From Klebsormidium nitens (taxonomy: Eukaryota > Plantae > Klebsormidiophyceae), in assembly GCA_000708835.1 (NCBI GenBank), contig DF236990.1, positions 186,001 through 250,000 on the forward strand: DNA of 64,000 nt. Direction: 5' to 3'. A program made the position numbers and the translations under genes. Under the pieces are notes generated by a model. It saw only the letters and a program-made list of their open reading frames with translations. It had not been told where the DNA came from and did no database searches. Of the stretch, positions 60,775 through 64,000 are shown one piece after another (the first letter of the stretch is position 1; each line of letters opens with the position of its first letter).

Positions 60775-63200
60775 ATGGCTCCCCAGTGGTCCTCTGGCTG
60801 CCCTGTGGTAGACCGCTTTGTGCGCCGGTCCCAGTCCATTCAATGCCTCTTCGATGCTGAAACCTGCAAGGTGCGGGTGCCGTCTAGGGGCCTGGTCAGA
60901 GCTGTTGGGGCACCAAATGAGGCAGCTCTCTGTGAGGTAAGAATCTGCATTTACAAATTACAGCTCCTTGAACCTTCATGTCGGAATATTTGTTGGACCA
61001 TCTGGGCACATGTTCAAATTGCTTGTAGCTCTAAGTGACGTTAAAGGCCATGGCAGCTCATAGCCTGTGGCTAGAAGGTGAATGTAGAGTTTTCACTCTA
61101 GAACCGAACCGTGTCATTGTCAGTTCACTGAAGTGCAATTACTTGGATGTCACTTTTGTCAATGACCACCTTCTGATTAGAAGCAGGCTTGGGGTCAAAA
61201 GAATGCCTATTCCTGACGGTTTCTTGCATTTGATCGCCGACTTCTAGCGTTCATTGACCTTCTGATCGCAAATGTTTTTGGCGCACATCTTGAGTATGCG
61301 AACAGACGTATACCTCAATTGGTTGACTCAACAAACTAGGCTTGCATTCTGGTGCAGGTTCCAGTTTCTGATTTCCTAAAATCCTTCCCCAAGCACCTGC
61401 TTAAGCAGCTAGAGTCAGGCCAGGTCCCGCTCGCTTCCTTCTCGTCTTACCTGAGGAGATGGCCCCAGGTAGCGCCTTTTGAGCAAAGCAAACACTACTC
61501 CATTCCAGATGGGGCGGCAGTGTCTCAGCCTGAACCAATTATCAAACCCTCAGCTGAGCGTAGCTGCAATAGCGAAGGCACTATTGGCTGTGCCACCCTT
61601 CCCCCTCAAAGTCCAGGGGTAGAAACGGCCAAAAGTCCAGTGGTAGGAACATCGGGACACCAGCCGGAGGTTTCGGAAGCAGTTCATTTGAGCAGCGGGT
61701 TGGATGATGTCAGCAGCAGGCTTAGCACCGTCAGCCTTGATGCCAGCACCGCCAGGGGCGATCAAGCACCAAACGGCGGAAGCGAGAAGGCTTTTTTGGG
61801 GGTAGATTTAGAAAGGGGACTAGAGGGGGCCTCTGGACCGTTGCCAGGGCCCTTGTTAGTTCAAGTGGAGCTACAGCTTCTAGACCTAGGCGACGATGAG
61901 TTATCAGTCAACGACAGGGCAAGGGTCGGAAACAGAGTTGATTTGGAGAGAGGTTCCACCGACGGGGGCGTGTGTCCAAGGGATGATGGCTTGGGGGGAT
62001 TGCGAAACGGTTCGCCGGCGGAGGCAACTAGGCGCGGGTCCGTCGCTCTGGCGACGTTCTGCCTGTTGCCAGAGCCAGCGGACCTTACGGAGCGCCTTGA
62101 AAAGGCAGAGAGGAAGTTTCAGCAGGCGCTCGACTTGGTGCCGGAGGCGATCTATGCGAAAGACTCGGAGGTGAGGGCGTGTAGGCTTTCGGGGTTTTCC
62201 TGTTCTGGGGCCTTGGGGGGTTGACAATCTTAGAGCCAGCGTTCAGCGATTGCTTAACCCCGTCTTGGGAAGGAATGATTGCGTCGATGCTGTGTAGCTC
62301 GTTTCAGCCGTTTTAAGTTGCTTGCATTTCAAAGATGAGTCTGCAGAAGAAAGTATTACAGACTGATACTCTGTAGGTGAACATCTTCAACGAACGTAGC
62401 TCAGTGTGGGAGTCAGAGAGGGGCAGAGTCCAGCTCTGGTTGTGTTATGCAAGTTCCGTGGTTCGAGGCAGTCTGCACGGTCTGTTATTCGTCTTATGTC
62501 ACTGGCGAAGGTCGAGACTTGCCCTAGCTCTGCTTCTGTCTAGACAAAACTGAGAATGTCAGAGATTCTTGGAGCCGCTCCTAATAGAGGATCGCCTCTA
62601 GTATTGGTCAGCTGATTCAAGCTCAAGCTTTGAGTGTGTTGGAAGTGCTGTGCTGGTTTGTAGCTCAAGATTCGAGGACAGCTCTTGGTGTACTTTCCTG
62701 GGCTACAGTGCTACTCCTTTGAAACTGGTACTCTCTTTAAAAGAATTTCGCACACCCCAATCTATGGGTACGGTTCAAGATGCAGCTACAGGGAACGTCT
62801 ATGTTCATTTTTTCGTCAAAACTAAGGCTTCTGATAAGGCGTCGACCTATTCCGCCCAAACCAAATAACGTCACAAGAATCAAGGGGGTCTCATCAGTCC
62901 TGGTTACTCTTTGATGCCTTATACTCACAGATTCTTTCTCAGCATAAGTTTCTCCTTCCACAGGGCCGCTCCCTCTATGTAAATAAGGCCCTCGCCGGCC
63001 TTTTTGGCAAGACGGTCCCCGAGATGAATCTCCACTGGAGCTGCCCCGAAAAGGGCAGGCATCTGGCGACCAACGCGGAGGCGATTGAAAACAATCGCAC
63101 ACTGCTGTTTCCGGAGCAGGAATTCACCGACAGCGAGGGGCGCAAGCGTTGCTTCCGGGTCATGAAAACGCCGTTTCGGACTGCGGACACCGACGAGCCG
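60775..63200 (+). CDS. PAS-domain (PAS_4-like) sensor protein, 5' part only; the gene continues beyond the window
   Basis: Putative exons 60775-60936, 61358-62170 and 62964-63200, all GT-AG and phase 0. Exons 2-3 join to KFQQALDLVPEAIYAKDSE|GRSLYVNKALAGLFGKTVPEM...EQEFTDSEGRKRCFRVMKTPFRTADTDEP, the typical PAS fold pattern (IYAKD.EGR..YVN.A...LFG ... F...KTP). The true start and the output domain are not visible. Confidence 0.75.
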
Positions 63201-63479
63201 GTGAGTCGGGCGTCCGGAACGTGCCGTTGTGCATCACATATTTGGTAATGTTGTCAAAGTTATGCAAAACCGCACAGCACCCTGCTAATCTCAGGGGAAC
63301 GACTCTCCTCGGATTGTGGCTCTTCTATTTCAACTCTGAAACTGAAAGCAGAAGCTGAAAGCAAACACGGCCTTGAAGGATGTGGCTTCGGCACTGTTCC
63401 TCAGAGTGGCCTGGTTTGTCTACAGGTTTCGCGCAATGCACCTAGCGTCCCGCCGCTTTGAGGGAACTTGTGCTGGCGC

Positions 63480-64000
63480 AAAGCCTCCGAGTTCTGCGCC
63501 TGCAACCGCCTTTCAAGCTCGTATTCTACTATTTACCCTGAGGAGATCCTTGGTACCACTGCACGTTGAGAGTAATCGATATCCCCATGCAGCTTTTCGT
63601 CCTTCTGCTGACGTCACTCTGTCTTTCCAGGCTGTGGTCGGCTTACCGCTCAACAACACCGAGCTCTGCGCCTCCAACGGCCTCCCAAGCTCGCATTCTG
63701 CTTTTCGAAAGCCTACTCGTATTTTACAATGCCTGAGGAGATCCTTGGTGTCACTGCACGTCAGGAGTGAATGGTGTCCCCAGCTTTTCGTCCTTCCGCC
63801 GACGTCACTCTGTCTTTCCAGGCCGTGTTCGGGCTCTTGCTTAAAATCACCGAGCTCCGCGCCTCCAACCCCCTTCGAACTCGTTTTTTGCTTTCTACAC
63901 TCTACTCAAATCAACACTCCCTGAGGACATTGTTGGTCAGGAGTAAATGGTGTCCCCAGCTTCTCGTCCTTCTGCTGACGTCACTCCGTCTTTCCAGGCC
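63480..64000 (+). repeat. ~175-195 bp tandem repeat of branch point + acceptor + start of the next PAS exon, truncated by the window end
   Basis: GCYGACGTCACTCYGTCTTTCCAG|GC ends at 63630, 63821 and 63997. CTGAGGA occurs at 63538, 63733 and 63921. The post-acceptor sequence translates AVVGLPLNNTELCAS and AVFGLLLKITELRAS. Confidence 0.85.

Noticed and set aside
61358-61480. LOTUS/OST-HTH domain (VPVSDFLKSF...SFSSYLRRWPQV)
   Set aside because: Superficial resemblance only. With exon 1 attached it reads equally well as a degenerate PAS-like region, and I cannot resolve this without an HMM search.

Overview
Eukaryotic, intron-rich nuclear DNA with GT(GC)-AG introns, CTGAC-type branch points and plant-type proteins. 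It is most consistent with a streptophyte green alga such as Klebsormidium; the taxon is my inference. Four spliced genes could be assembled by hand with consistent reading phase: (1) UDP-glucuronate 4-epimerase (GAE), minus strand, 10 exons, 1319-6997; (2) a plastid-targeted NAD(P)-binding Rossmann + CIA30-domain protein of the HCF173/At4g18810 family, minus strand, 15 exons, 34009-52463, with an unusually long 9.5-kb intron 10; (3) peroxisomal acyl-CoA oxidase of the ACX3 type, plus strand, 14 exons, 53412-59287, head-to-head with gene 2; (4) the 5' part of a PAS-domain sensor protein, plus strand, from 60775, running out of the window. The ~25 kb between GAE and the CIA30 gene (8.3-33.4 kb) contains no intact gene that I can recognise. 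It starts with decayed copies of CIA30-gene exons 12 and 11, shares several segments in the same orientation and order with intron 10, and is inflated by nested tandem duplications (0.37-kb, 0.65-kb, 1.9-kb and 4-5-kb units). A recurring theme is tandem duplication seeded on splice junctions, leaving decoy donors, acceptors and branch points in three different introns. Two small TIR elements with 3-bp target-site duplications were also found. I found no transposase, reverse transcriptase, viral gene, CRISPR array or intact RNA gene. All alignments were done by eye, and boundaries of degenerate repeats are approximate.
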